A stretch of 64,000 nt of DNA, taken from positions 69,486 through 133,485 of the forward strand of contig VGMG01000001.1 in the NCBI GenBank assembly GCA_016866495.1, in the 5' to 3' direction. The notes under the pieces are model-generated. The model searched no databases, was not told the origin of the DNA, and saw nothing but the letters and a program-made list of their open reading frames with translations. The DNA is from Chlamydiota bacterium (lineage in GTDB: Bacteria > Chlamydiota > Chlamydiia > Chlamydiales > RGXB01). Position numbers and translations under genes: made by a program. Below, one piece after another: positions 19,767 to 30,269 of the stretch. Position 1 is the first letter of the stretch; the number at the start of each line of letters is the position of its first letter.

Positions 19767-22700
19767 CTAATTTGGGTACCAGGAGGGGGGGCAAATTAGG
19801 GGGGGGACGCCCCTTTGGTCTACTAAAAAATCCAGATTGACTTCTCCCCCTTTAGGGGCGAGTCTTTGCGAGTAGATTTTAGCTGTCAAAAAAGCTATGG
19901 CTGTTACAATGTCCTGCTTTTGAATTTGTATGGTATGGTAAACCCCACTGTAACGGATAGGAAGTACAAAATCGGGGCTGAGTTGTTCAATACCGAGTGT
20001 TTGCGCTAAAGTGAGACCTGAAATTCCTAAAAAGAGGGTAGTTGCCTCTGTTTTTAGATCTACAGACCCCCAAACTACAAGCCAAATTTTATTCCCTACA
20101 AGAAGATCGAGTCTAGGAAGATAGAAGACTCCATTCAATATGCTTGCGCTTGCTGGGCGCTGGTCAAAGCTTTGTTTTTGATTTTCTCCACAGACGGGAA
20201 CACAATAGACCAGAACGTTACCCTTGTAACCTACGTTGAGACTGCTTAAAACCGATTTTGTATTTCCCTCAACTTTTGTATCCAGCACAAAAGGGGAAAC
20301 GACAATTTTAGGAACCTGGATATTTTGGGGCTTAAGTGGGAAAAGGGGGATTTGCACGTCTCTTGAGGGGATGTAAAAGGGGACCCAGCTCCCTTTTTGC
20401 AGGGTTGTGTCATCTATTTGTATATTTCTTAACCTCCCTTTTATTGGGGAAGTCAAAAAGAGAACTCCTTTTTCTACTTTGGCATCAAGATCCATTTGAA
20501 AAGTCTCAGACTTTAGATGTAATGCGCTTTTACCATTTCCTTGGGTTGCATCGATGAAAGCCGTTCCGTCAAGTTTTGGCCCTAAAAAAGCGATATCTAA
20601 GGTGGGAAAGTGGTCAAAATTTAGATAGAGATGGAGAGAATTAGGTTGAAAAGGATCATAAATACATCGAAAACTGGAAGAGCCGTTAGCTGGAGGGGCG
20701 TTAATTTGCGTGTAAGAGGTTGTGGTGTCTATTTGGACATTAAAGGGGCCAAACGAACGCTTATCAATAGTCACTCTTGTATCGACAAACTCGCCGTCAT
20801 TTCCTGTTTTCTGGTTGATCAGCTGAATATTTTTTGCTTCAAGATTGGCAACTATTTCTAGTTTTTTTTGGGTCTGGCTTAAAGGGAAAAATAGCGATTG
20901 ACAGTCGACTTTCAGATGCCCTCCCCCTTTTATTCTAATCGATCTGTCTTTGAAAAAATTGAGGTGCTGAAGAGAGTGAACAGAGAGGACAACAGTAGAT
21001 TTTTTGAGGTTTTTAGATAGGGTGAACCCCTCTTTCGAATAGGTTCCGAATAGTTCTGCGTTTATTAGGGGGTTTTCAAGTTTGATCTCTCCTTGAACCA
21101 AATTCCGCCCTTTGGCTTTTCCCTGAATATGAATCGATTTACCAAGAAAATTCACGGCGTTTTTTGAAATGATCTCTAGAGGAAAATTTTTGGAATCTAC
21201 CTCGATATCGATGAATTCAGCTTCTGAATTTTTGAACTCGACCTTACCTTCGGATGCAAATGTGCCTTCAGCCTTTTGGTGATCTTCAAAATTTAGATGC
21301 GTTTTATATTCTATTTTTTGTACCCCTTTTTCTTGACGAAAAGAGACAAACCCCTTCCCTCCCTCTACTTCGATGGGAATTTCTTTCAATGAGCTTTGTA
21401 AATAGTCCACATGGCCATAGAATTCAAACTTATCTTTTTTTTCCCATTCAAAAGAGGAGATAACCCCTTTAACACCTAATTGTTGGGGGAGAGTAAATGA
21501 GAAATGGGTGGGCTGAATGGAAAAGATCTTTTCGAAATTCTCTTCGATTTCAAAAGCAGTTTCTAGAGTTCCGTTAGGGGCTTTCAATTTCAAATTTTCT
21601 ATTTTGAACTTTTCCAATGAGCCATCAATTGTCCCCTCAAGGGATCCTTGTTGGAAAAGGTAGGCGCTATAGGGACCTTTAAGCTCATTGAACTCAAAAA
21701 AGAAATCCCCTTTGACGTTTGAACCTAAAGATTTTTCTAGTTCGATTTTTTTTAGGTAGAGGTTGGTTTCATAACCTTTCATTTTTAAAGGAAAACGGGA
21801 ATCGCCCCCTTTGATCGAAAAGGAGGTATCTTCTTTAAGTTTTGTGAAGTTTTGAATTTCATAGTGCCCCAAAGCTGAATGGATCAGGATAGGCTCTAAA
21901 AGGGTGAACCCCTTTTCATCCAAGCGAATTTTTGTGGTGGGTAGACTCAAGTTCTGAGCTGTGACTAAAAAGCTCACAACATTATTATTGAGATTACCAT
22001 TTAACGAAAGGGTGGGGCCAAGCTCCTTAAGTATTTCCCCATTTTGGTAAAGTTCTCCCCATGCAGTAGAGAAGTTATTCACCTGAAATTGGTAAACATC
22101 TTTAACGGTTTTGAGCGATAGAGATCCTTTAGCGGGTTGTTTTAACTGCGAATCAAGAGTAACATTTTTAAAATTTCTATCCAGCTTAAAGGTTTCCACC
22201 CCGAGTATAGACTCTTGTAGCGTGCGTATTTTTAAAGGATTTTTGAGTTGAATAGACCACTCTTTACCCGATTTAATAGCCCCTCCAACTGAGCTATTAC
22301 CCTCTAAGGAGAAGGGGAGGTTTAAAAACTGAACCAGGTCATTTGATAGGACATAATTAAAAGTACACGGGCGAGTAAATGATAAGGTCTCTTCATCAAA
22401 ATTTATTGCGGCATCCAGATATATCAAAGGAGAGTCCACCTCGATTGTCCCAACAAAACTCGGATCGAACCTCAACTGAATTTTAGAATTTAGGAAACTC
22501 CCGATAAGATTTGAAGCCTCTTTGGACCATAATAGAGGGAAAGATTTAGAGTTGAAATCGAGAAAGCCTTCAAGCTCAAACAAAAGTTTTTGTTTATGAG
22601 ATAATGCCTCTGACCACTTTTCATCACATCGGAGGGCACTCTCCATAGAAAAACTTCCACTCATCTGCCCATATCTAGCATTAGAATCGAGCCGACTGTA

Positions 22701-23180
22701 AAAAAAGTTTTTCCCTAGATGGCAATACCCATTGATATTGCTAAACTCGGCTTCATTAAAACGGAAGGTTCCATTTTCAAAAATGAGGTTGAATAAGCTT
22801 CTTTGGTAAACCTCTTTTTTTTCTTTGTTCTTTGAGGTGGACGGGATTTTCTCAATAGAAAGATCTGGATTTTTGAGTGTGACATTAGTGGTTTCTAAAA
22901 ACAAAATCATCCAGTAAAACCCCGAATCTACTCCGATTTCGTCAATAGAACCATTGATCTTCGAGGATACTATGTCTATTTTTTCAAACCGCATTTTTCC
23001 AAAAGGGGATAATGAAGCCCTTTCTAGGGTTACAGTCCCATCCACAAAACTACTGGCGATTTTTTCTATCAAGATTTTTGGGACCAAATAGGGTAGGCCT
23101 ATCAGTAGTATAAGGAGTATACTTAAAGAAATAGCCAGTCTTTTGAAGAATTTGGACAAAAATAGGTCGAAGAGCTTCAT
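19767..23180 (-). CDS. Large N-terminally anchored, beta-rich envelope protein; AsmA/TamB-like candidate.
   Basis: 1137-aa ORF. N-terminal signal-anchor (LAISLSILLILLIGLPYLV) followed by long, repetitive beta-strand-like sequence without cysteine-rich or enzymatic motifs. The family assignment is an architectural guess. Confidence 0.35.
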   Translation of the reverse strand: MKLFDLFLSKFFKRLAISLSILLILLIGLPYLVPKILIEKIASSFVDGTVTLERASLSPFGKMRFEKIDIVSSKINGSIDEIGVDSGFYWMILFLETTNVTLKNPDLSIEKIPSTSKNKEKKEVYQRSLFNLIFENGTFRFNEAEFSNINGYCHLGKNFFYSRLDSNARYGQMSGSFSMESALRCDEKWSEALSHKQKLLFELEGFLDFNSKSFPLLWSKEASNLIGSFLNSKIQLRFDPSFVGTIEVDSPLIYLDAAINFDEETLSFTRPCTFNYVLSNDLVQFLNLPFSLEGNSSVGGAIKSGKEWSIQLKNPLKIRTLQESILGVETFKLDRNFKNVTLDSQLKQPAKGSLSLKTVKDVYQFQVNNFSTAWGELYQNGEILKELGPTLSLNGNLNNNVVSFLVTAQNLSLPTTKIRLDEKGFTLLEPILIHSALGHYEIQNFTKLKEDTSFSIKGGDSRFPLKMKGYETNLYLKKIELEKSLGSNVKGDFFFEFNELKGPYSAYLFQQGSLEGTIDGSLEKFKIENLKLKAPNGTLETAFEIEENFEKIFSIQPTHFSFTLPQQLGVKGVISSFEWEKKDKFEFYGHVDYLQSSLKEIPIEVEGGKGFVSFRQEKGVQKIEYKTHLNFEDHQKAEGTFASEGKVEFKNSEAEFIDIEVDSKNFPLEIISKNAVNFLGKSIHIQGKAKGRNLVQGEIKLENPLINAELFGTYSKEGFTLSKNLKKSTVVLSVHSLQHLNFFKDRSIRIKGGGHLKVDCQSLFFPLSQTQKKLEIVANLEAKNIQLINQKTGNDGEFVDTRVTIDKRSFGPFNVQIDTTTSYTQINAPPANGSSSFRCIYDPFQPNSLHLYLNFDHFPTLDIAFLGPKLDGTAFIDATQGNGKSALHLKSETFQMDLDAKVEKGVLFLTSPIKGRLRNIQIDDTTLQKGSWVPFYIPSRDVQIPLFPLKPQNIQVPKIVVSPFVLDTKVEGNTKSVLSSLNVGYKGNVLVYCVPVCGENQKQSFDQRPASASILNGVFYLPRLDLLVGNKIWLVVWGSVDLKTEATTLFLGISGLTLAQTLGIEQLSPDFVLPIRYSGVYHTIQIQKQDIVTAIAFLTAKIYSQRLAPKGGEVNLDFLVDQRGVPPLICPPSWYPN

Positions 23181-23253
23181 GTTCTAGTAGATAGCTTCTC
23201 TATAAAGAGTTTGTCAAGAAAATAGCCTGAGAATTGATTGTAGCTAAAAAAAA

Positions 23254-25095
23254 CTACTCCACCGTTACCGATTTTGCAAGATTTTTGGGGTGATCGATGT
23301 CATGCCCCTTCTCTAAGGCGACATAAAAAGCATAAAGCTGGAGGACCACCGAATAGAGAATAGGCAACAATGGCTGAGCTATCGATACATCGATCTTAAA
23401 AGCAAAATCGGGAGAAATCTCCTCAAGATTTTGATTTTTTTGGGCAATAGCAAAAATTTTCCCTTTTCGTGCCTGGATCTCTTGGACATTCGAGCAGGTT
23501 TTCTGAAAGGTAGGAGCGTGACCTAAAAGGGCAATGGTGAGGGTATTTTCATCAACTAGGGCTAATGGTCCATGCTTGAGCTCCCCCGCAGGGTAACATA
23601 AGCTAAATATATAGCTGATCTCTTTCAGTTTTAGGGAGGACTCCAACGCTGTATAAAACATGTATTGCCGTCCGATGAAAAGAACCTTATCAAATTGGCA
23701 GGTTTGTTTTGCAATTTCTTGGATGAGAGATTTTTTTTGGAGTACCGATTCGATGAGGCTTGGTAATGTTCTTAAGTTCTGTATCCAGGTATTTCCTTGA
23801 TCAAGGAAACCGTGTTTCATTTGATAAAACTCAAGTGTAAGTAAATAGAGCAATAAAAGCTGGCTTGTAAAGGCTTTTGTAGAACAAACACTGATCTCAG
23901 GACCTGCTTGAGTCATCAAGTGAAAGTCCGACTCGCGTATGATAGAGGAGTGTTGAACATTTGTAATACAAAAAATCTTTGCCTTTTGTCGCTTAGCCTC
24001 TCTTAAGGCCCCGATTGTATCGGCGGTCTCACCCGATTGGGAAATCCCGATAACTAAAGTGCTCTCATCGGTTAAACCCTCTTTATAGCGAAACTCCGAT
24101 GCGATATGAGCTTGGGCGGGAATGCGCACAAATTCCTCTATGAAATGGGCAATAATACAGGCGGCGTGGTAGGAGGTTCCACATCCTATGAGGGCTATTT
24201 TGGAAACTTTTGGGAAAAACTCTTTGAAGTTTTTAGGAAGATTCAAGAGGATCTGCCCGTTTTCCAAATCATAGCGACCCTCCAGTGTGCGACGGATCGC
24301 ATGAGGTTGCTCATGGATCTCTTTGAGCATAAAATGGGAAAATTCCCCTTTGTCATGAGAGGTGTTTTTTACGAAAAGGGGAGTGAATTGCAAAGGCGTA
24401 ATCAGCCCATTTTGGTCATAAAGTTGTAGAGTATTTTCATTGATGAGAGCTATCTGATTATCCTCAAGATCTACCGTCTGAAATTCCCCTTCATAGAGGG
24501 CATTTCTATCTGATGTTACAATAATTTGCCCTTTTTGTTGGTCTAAGGCAAGGATCAGTGGTTTATCCCTTTTTGTGACAATCAGTGTGTTAGGATGGTC
24601 TTTATGGATACAGGCTACTGCAAAAGAGCCAATAAGCTTTTCATGAACCCTTTTTAACGTGTTGAGAAGATTGCTATCGTAAAAATGGGAAAAAAGATGT
24701 GCGATGACCTCTGTGTCGGTATCCGACAAAAATTGCACTCCATTTTTTTTTAAATAGAGTTTTAACTCGTAAAAATTCTCGATGATTCCGTTGTGGACTA
24801 AAGCAAGGTTTTTTTCATTATCGATGTGTGGATGAGCATTTACCTCAACAACGCCTCCATGAGTTGCCCAGCGAGTGTGAGCGATCGAAACCGCTTTGAG
24901 GTCTTTGAGGTGCAAGACCCTTTTTTCTAAGGATTCGACTTTACCGCAGCTTTTGACAATCTCGATTTGACCTTCATTGAGTAAAGCAATCCCAGAGGAA
25001 TCGTATCCGCGATACTCGAGTTTTTTTAAACCGGCGATGCAAAGATCTACGCTAGAAACAGCAATCTTTCCTGAGATGCCAAAAATTCCACACAT
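23254..25095 (-). CDS. glmS: Glutamine--fructose-6-phosphate aminotransferase.
   Basis: MCGIFGI N-terminal nucleophile (start moved to the Met preceding Cys), two SIS-domain segments, and a C-terminal AKSVTVE. Confidence 0.95.
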   Translation of the reverse strand: MCGIFGISGKIAVSSVDLCIAGLKKLEYRGYDSSGIALLNEGQIEIVKSCGKVESLEKRVLHLKDLKAVSIAHTRWATHGGVVEVNAHPHIDNEKNLALVHNGIIENFYELKLYLKKNGVQFLSDTDTEVIAHLFSHFYDSNLLNTLKRVHEKLIGSFAVACIHKDHPNTLIVTKRDKPLILALDQQKGQIIVTSDRNALYEGEFQTVDLEDNQIALINENTLQLYDQNGLITPLQFTPLFVKNTSHDKGEFSHFMLKEIHEQPHAIRRTLEGRYDLENGQILLNLPKNFKEFFPKVSKIALIGCGTSYHAACIIAHFIEEFVRIPAQAHIASEFRYKEGLTDESTLVIGISQSGETADTIGALREAKRQKAKIFCITNVQHSSIIRESDFHLMTQAGPEISVCSTKAFTSQLLLLYLLTLEFYQMKHGFLDQGNTWIQNLRTLPSLIESVLQKKSLIQEIAKQTCQFDKVLFIGRQYMFYTALESSLKLKEISYIFSLCYPAGELKHGPLALVDENTLTIALLGHAPTFQKTCSNVQEIQARKGKIFAIAQKNQNLEEISPDFAFKIDVSIAQPLLPILYSVVLQLYAFYVALEKGHDIDHPKNLAKSVTVE

Positions 25096-25192
25096 AGGCA
25101 AAGTTCTACCCTACAATCTCTGAAAAAGTAAAGAGAATAATCTCACAATAGATTGAAGAGCAAAAAAGTTCGAAATTCTATTTGGGTGAGCC

Positions 25193-25936
25193 TCAGTTTT
25201 TTTCACATTTCAGACATAAAAAAAGGGGAAATTCTTTGCGGCAGCGATTCTCCATTGAGGCTTTGGCTCCGGTGCTAGATTTATTAGAAATGAGTTCTTC
25301 TATTTCCAAAATTTTAAAGCCCGATTCTTTCAGCCATCGGCTCAAGGTAGATAGGGAGAAATGGTGATGAAAAACTTTTTTTGTCTCTTTTTTAGAAGGG
25401 TGGATTTCTATGGGTATAAGATTCTCACTTAAGTACAATTCAATTTTTCTAAATTGGATTTTTTTATTTTCATCTATGCCCCATCCCGATTGTCTTGGAA
25501 TGCGAAAACAGGGGTGATTGAGAACTATCCAAAGCTCTTTTTTGGGCTTTAAAAGTTTATGGGCATTTTGCAAGGCTATTAGAGGTTTCTCCATGTCTTG
25601 CAAAGAGAGTAAAAAAAGGGCGACATCGAATTCTTCAGCGCTCTTTTGGATCGGGGAGGTAAGATCCTGGACATAGCAGGAGATTACCCCTTTTGTTTTG
25701 GCCGCTTGGACTAAAGATTGAGAGGCATCGTAACCCACATAACTCCAGTTTTCGGGAATTTGCGTGGCAAAAAAAGCCTGTCCACATCCAAGATCTACAA
25801 TTTTTTTTGGGGTCGAGGAAAACCAGGTTTTTAGAAAAGGGATGATCACCTCTTGGTGGTAATAGTGGCCAAAATCCCCAACAAGCTGATCGTACCACTT
25901 AGCTCCCTCTTCCCAGCCCTTGTTTTTTTTTTGCAT
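25193..25936 (-). CDS. Class I SAM-dependent methyltransferase.
   Basis: Motif I KIVDLGCGQAFF with a downstream acidic-loop pattern; 247 aa. Confidence 0.7.
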   Translation of the reverse strand: MQKKNKGWEEGAKWYDQLVGDFGHYYHQEVIIPFLKTWFSSTPKKIVDLGCGQAFFATQIPENWSYVGYDASQSLVQAAKTKGVISCYVQDLTSPIQKSAEEFDVALFLLSLQDMEKPLIALQNAHKLLKPKKELWIVLNHPCFRIPRQSGWGIDENKKIQFRKIELYLSENLIPIEIHPSKKETKKVFHHHFSLSTLSRWLKESGFKILEIEELISNKSSTGAKASMENRCRKEFPLFLCLKCEKN

Positions 25937-25978
25937 ATTCGTAACTTTATCTCTTCAAAAAGAGCTATTGTAGACCAA

Positions 25979-26001
25979 AAGAGGTTTCTTAGAAACCCCT
26001 T
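25979..26001 (-). terminator. Possible terminator downstream of the acyl-CoA synthetase gene.
   Basis: GGTTTC-tta-GAAACC core hairpin, extendable with one mismatch, followed on the - strand by TCTTTTGG. Confidence 0.3.
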
Positions 26002-26039
26002 TAAGATGGTATTTTCTGATTAAAAGACATAAAAGGAGA

Positions 26040-28040
26040 CTAGTCTTTAAGGACAATCCGAGCATCCAAAATTAAGAATTCCTTTTGTAGTGCGACAAGC
26101 GGATTTATGTCCAATTCTACGATTTCAGGCCTTGAGGCAACAAATAGAGAAAAAAGGCTAAAAAATTCGGCTAATTTCCTTTTATCCACAGGCCCTAAAT
26201 TTCTGTAGCCCTTCAGGGCATGATCAATTTTTGTTTTTTCAAAAAGTATGAGAGCCTCTTCTGGAGATAAAGGGGGAATAGCAAAAACGACATCTTTATA
26301 CAACTCTACAGAAATTCCTCCAGAACCAAAAGAGACCAAAGGCCCTGCCATGGGGTCGCGAATCATCCCAAATAAAAGCTCAACTCCCCCTTTGAGATTG
26401 CACATCTTTTGTACAGTAACACCCTCAAACCCGGTCTGAATTTTGGAGGCGATGTCTTCATAAGCGATCCCTACCTCTTTGGTATTTTGCAGATTGAGCT
26501 TCACGCCACCTACATCGGATTTGTGACTAATCGTTGTAGAGTTTAATTTTATAACGCAAGGAAATCCTATTTTTTCTGCCGCCTCCATAGCCTCTTGTTT
26601 GGAGAGAGCTAAAATAGTTTTACCTACAGGCAGACCCGCTCTAGCTAAAAGCTCCTTGGATTCAAATTCGGTTAAAAGAGTTCTCCCTTTTGTATTAGGA
26701 AGAGAAATCTCTTTGGAAAGTTTTTTTCCTAAAAAACAGGGGTTTTTTTGGGCCAACTGAATCTTTTTTTCGTGTTCAATAATTTTTGCTAAAATTTTAG
26801 CGGCTCTATCGGGAGTAGAGAAATGGGGAATACGATTTTTTTTGAGAAATTTTACCCCGTCTAAAGTCTGCTTCCGCCCAACAAAACTACAGCAAACTGG
26901 AATCTTTCCCTGAATTTCTTGCACAACTTCTGCAATTTTCACAAAATCGGTCATCGATTGGGGTGAACCTATTACAATCAAAGCATCTATAGTGTTTTTA
27001 TCCTTAAGCTCCTCAAAAGCTTTTCTGTAGGCCGCCTCTGTAGCATCGCCTAACACATCAATAGGGGGTAGAGCTTTGGCGCCATTGAGCTCAATAGCGT
27101 CTGTTGTGAGAACTCCCATACCTCCAGCATTCGTGATAATTCCTATGCGATCTCCCTGCGGGGTCTCTTCAAGAGAGTAATAAATAAACAGGTCAAAAAA
27201 CTCTTCCATGGTATCAGCTCTCAAGACAAGCCCTTTATGAAAAATTGCTTCTACAGCCGTATCTGATCCGACAAGAGAACCTGTGTGAGAAGCAGCTGCG
27301 ATTTTTGCCGCCTCGCTTCGTCCGGGCTTAATCGCGACTATGGGTTTTCTAAAAGATGTACTTTGACAAATACGGATAAACTCTTCGGCATTCCCAATGG
27401 TTTCCATGTAAAGAAAAATGGAGTGGGTTTTGGGGTCGTGAGCAAGATACTCGATGCAATCTTTGAATTCTACATCAGACATCGAACCCACTGAAATGAA
27501 AGCACTAAATCCGATCCCCAAGTCGTTAGCGTAATCGAGCATCGAGGTGCACAGAGCTCCCGATTGGCTAATAAAACCAACCCCACCAGCAAGAGCCATG
27601 TTTTTTGCAAAAGTCGCGTTCAGGTTAGAATAGGGGGACATCACCCCTAAACAATTGGGTCCTATGATACGAATGCCATACTCTTTTGCTATAGCAAGGA
27701 TTTTTTTCTCTAACTCCTGACCCTCTTTACCCACCTCTTTAAAACCAGCAGAAATGATGATCGCGCTTTTGATGTGCTTTTTTCCAAGTTGGACAAGGGT
27801 CTCTGGGACAAGTTCCGCTTTTATTGCTATCACAGCTAAATCGACTGTCTGATCAATATCAAGAACCGAGGCATGGCAGGGGTGTCCTAAAACCTCTTTG
27901 CGTTTAGGATTAATGAGATAAAGACGCCCCTCAAAATCTAAAAGGTTCTCTACAATAGCGCGTCCAACACTACCCTCTTTGTCTGTAGCACCTACAAATA
28001 CGACTGCATGAGGATGTAGAAATGAAGCTAGGGATTTCAT
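26040..28040 (-). CDS. ADP-forming acetyl/acyl-CoA synthetase (fused alpha-beta, NDP-forming family).
   Basis: N-terminal CoA-binding segment (VVFVGATDKEGSVGRAI), phosphohistidine-loop-like AAASHTGSLVGS, and a C-terminal ATP-grasp-like half. Confidence 0.8.
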   Translation of the reverse strand: MKSLASFLHPHAVVFVGATDKEGSVGRAIVENLLDFEGRLYLINPKRKEVLGHPCHASVLDIDQTVDLAVIAIKAELVPETLVQLGKKHIKSAIIISAGFKEVGKEGQELEKKILAIAKEYGIRIIGPNCLGVMSPYSNLNATFAKNMALAGGVGFISQSGALCTSMLDYANDLGIGFSAFISVGSMSDVEFKDCIEYLAHDPKTHSIFLYMETIGNAEEFIRICQSTSFRKPIVAIKPGRSEAAKIAAASHTGSLVGSDTAVEAIFHKGLVLRADTMEEFFDLFIYYSLEETPQGDRIGIITNAGGMGVLTTDAIELNGAKALPPIDVLGDATEAAYRKAFEELKDKNTIDALIVIGSPQSMTDFVKIAEVVQEIQGKIPVCCSFVGRKQTLDGVKFLKKNRIPHFSTPDRAAKILAKIIEHEKKIQLAQKNPCFLGKKLSKEISLPNTKGRTLLTEFESKELLARAGLPVGKTILALSKQEAMEAAEKIGFPCVIKLNSTTISHKSDVGGVKLNLQNTKEVGIAYEDIASKIQTGFEGVTVQKMCNLKGGVELLFGMIRDPMAGPLVSFGSGGISVELYKDVVFAIPPLSPEEALILFEKTKIDHALKGYRNLGPVDKRKLAEFFSLFSLFVASRPEIVELDINPLVALQKEFLILDARIVLKD

Positions 28041-28087
28041 ATCCCCTATTTAACAAAAACAGTATATAATTTTAATATATTTTTTAT

Positions 28088-28792
28088 TTATCTTTGTTTC
28101 ACGGACTTAAAAACATATGTAGCCTCTGGGCGCCTGGGGGGGCAAGCTCTTTCAAGTAAATCCACAGCCCCGCGAAAAAGTTCTAAAGCGTGTGGGGTCA
28201 CCTCGTGCAAAATCGCCCTGATCAATTTACTGGTATTACAAGGTCTTGGGGGGAGTGGGTGGATGATGTGGGTTCCGTCAATTAGAGATTTATGAATTCT
28301 CACAAGACGAATATCTACCCTGTGGGGTTCGGGTATTTCAAAGGGTTGGCGATAGTCAAATGAGTTAAACAGCCTGTAAAGAGCAAGCCTTGCAAACATA
28401 TGGAGGGAATATTCCTCGGGTAAGGTGATGAGCTGTTCGTATTTGCATCGATGGGTTTTTTTGAAAAGGACAGTCAAGAAGTCCGCATGACAAATTCTTA
28501 AAATATGATCACTGGGTACTTCAAAAAGGTGCTTGGGTTTGGATTTAGAGAGTGCCCATTTCAACTCTTCTGAAGAATTGTCACAAAATTGGATCAAAAA
28601 CTTATCTAGTTTGTTCATCAAAAAAACGTTCATGATCACAGCTTCTGGATCCCTTACTAAGGGGTTTAATAAGTGGTCGTCTAGATTTGGAGGCGAAGAG
28701 GAGACTGTGCTTGCATCGCTTAAACTATCTGGATCTTCGTGTCGATTTATGCTGGAGCGAATATTTATAGGGCTTGACATAAGCTTGATCAA
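28088..28792 (-). CDS. Hypothetical protein.
   Basis: 234-aa ORF with no recognisable motif. Confidence 0.4.
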   Translation of the reverse strand: MIKLMSSPINIRSSINRHEDPDSLSDASTVSSSPPNLDDHLLNPLVRDPEAVIMNVFLMNKLDKFLIQFCDNSSEELKWALSKSKPKHLFEVPSDHILRICHADFLTVLFKKTHRCKYEQLITLPEEYSLHMFARLALYRLFNSFDYRQPFEIPEPHRVDIRLVRIHKSLIDGTHIIHPLPPRPCNTSKLIRAILHEVTPHALELFRGAVDLLERACPPRRPEATYVFKSVKQR

Positions 28793-28818
28793 AAATTTTT
28801 ACCAAGCTTAATAAAAAT

Positions 28819-29379
28819 TTAATTTTTATTCAAGGCTCCGGCCGTAAGAATATAGTTCATCGCCTGTTCTATCGATAAGTTGATAGGACGAATTCTCTCT
28901 TTTGGAAGAATAAGAGTGTATCCCCCTATTTGATAACTCATGGGGAAATAGACGACCACCTCGTTTTCTGTGCCAATGGGTTGTTTGGGCGATTTATCGG
29001 TTAGAAAACCTATGAGTCTGAATTCACCGAATTGCACCTCGACGACAAGACTCATGTTCTCCTCTTTTTTTCCAAAGAAGCTTAAAAGATCTTTCAAAGA
29101 GCTGTATAAAGTTTTGATCAAAGGAATTTTGGAAATGATTTTTTCTATATACTCGTAGATAAGTCTACTAAGCCAATAATTAACGAGAAAACCCACAATA
29201 AAAATTGTGATTATGATTACCAGAACACCCATGCCAGGAAAATAGTAATCGGTTCCAAAAAGAAACTGCAGTGGCTTTTTTAAAATCCCTTCAGCAAAAT
29301 CAAATAACCAGATTATGAGTGCGATTGTGAGCGCTATAGGGGCCAGAGTAAAAAGGCCCTGCATAAATATTCTTCCCAT
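28819..29379 (-). CDS. DUF502-family membrane protein.
   Basis: N-terminal pattern GLFTLAPIALTIALIIWLF, a second TM segment and a conserved-looking C-terminal beta domain; 186 aa. Confidence 0.6.
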   Translation of the reverse strand: MGRIFMQGLFTLAPIALTIALIIWLFDFAEGILKKPLQFLFGTDYYFPGMGVLVIIITIFIVGFLVNYWLSRLIYEYIEKIISKIPLIKTLYSSLKDLLSFFGKKEENMSLVVEVQFGEFRLIGFLTDKSPKQPIGTENEVVVYFPMSYQIGGYTLILPKERIRPINLSIEQAMNYILTAGALNKN

Positions 29380-29579
29380 ACCTAGATGCTACAGAAATTT
29401 GTTTTTTTTTGGTATCTTAGGGTGAGTTCTAAAATTTTTTTTATTTAAGGGTTTTCCAATTAAAACAGGAGTTTGCTTTAGATAATTTTGGTGTAAAGAA
29501 TTCGCTCTTTTGCCTATCCTGTTGTGGTCAGATAAAGTCTTAACTTTATGCCTTTTTTGATTTCTCACTTGGAGGTCAT

Positions 29580-30122
29580 GTGAAAAACTATTTAAGATGG
29601 ATCAGTCCACATCTTGTTCTATTACTTAGCGGGGTCTTTATATCTATGGAAGCTAAACAGATTATTGTCATGGAGACTACTCAAGGAATTATTGAGCTAG
29701 AGCTCAAACCTGAAATTGCTCCCAAAGCTTGTGAAAATTTTGAAAAGCTCGTCAAGAAAGGTTATTATAACGGGGTGATTTTTCACCGAGTTATCCCGAA
29801 TTTCATGATACAATCGGGAGATCCTACTGGAACGGGAACGGGGGGGGAGTCTATTTTCGGAAAATCGTTTTCTGATGAGTGCACCTCTAAAGTTCTTTTT
29901 ACTAAAAAAGGGCTTCTTGCGATGGCTAACCGAGGGCCTAATACAAATGGAAGCCAATTCTTTATTACAACTGTACCTACCTCTTGGTTAAATGGCCGCC
30001 ATACAATTTTTGGTGAAGTTGTCCAAGGATATGATGTTGTTGAAAAAATTGAGAGGACTAAAACTAAAAATGACCGTCCTGTCGAAGAACAAAAGATCAT
30101 CAAAGCCTACGTAAAAGGCTAG
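29580..30122 (+). CDS. Secreted cyclophilin-type peptidyl-prolyl cis-trans isomerase.
   Basis: FHRVIPNFMIQSGDP and GPNTNGSQFFIT motifs. N-terminal signal-like segment. GTG start with GGAGG 5-9 nt upstream. Confidence 0.9.
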   Translation: MKNYLRWISPHLVLLLSGVFISMEAKQIIVMETTQGIIELELKPEIAPKACENFEKLVKKGYYNGVIFHRVIPNFMIQSGDPTGTGTGGESIFGKSFSDECTSKVLFTKKGLLAMANRGPNTNGSQFFITTVPTSWLNGRHTIFGEVVQGYDVVEKIERTKTKNDRPVEEQKIIKAYVKG

Positions 30123-30135
30123 ATATTCTAAAAAA

Positions 30136-30167
30136 AACCCCTCTTTAAGAAAAAGGGGGGGGGTTTT
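30136..30167 (+). terminator. Possible terminator after the cyclophilin gene.
   Basis: AACCCC ... GGGGTT arms within aaaaaaacccctctttaagaaaaagggggggggtttt; long or irregular loop with a short T-tract. Confidence 0.3.
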
Positions 30168-30269
30168 AAGAATTTATTTCCTAAAAGCTTTTTCTCTATA
30201 TGAGAGTGTACATCTTTTCAAAAAAGTGATAAGCAAATAAGTCCGATCAAAAATTTACGGGGCTTTTAG

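Noticed and set aside
19783-19810. Homopolymeric G7/G8 runs here, and G7-G9 runs at about 29843, 30155, 38143 and 48611, as possible phase-variation tracts.
   Set aside because: Most encode Gly/Pro runs inside conserved housekeeping genes (cyclophilin, ispG), lie in a terminator, or fall in the last 12 codons of a gene. There is no evidence of frame switching.
25102-25192. Possible glmS ribozyme or riboswitch upstream of glmS.
   Set aside because: The leader is only about 90 nt and AT-rich, without the conserved GC-rich core. The glmS ribozyme is essentially a feature of Gram-positive bacteria.
25182-25898. ORFs 25182..25367 (+) and 25635..25898 (-) overlapping the methyltransferase gene.
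   Set aside because: Both are embedded in or overlapping a CDS with a clear SAM-binding motif, and neither has features of its own.
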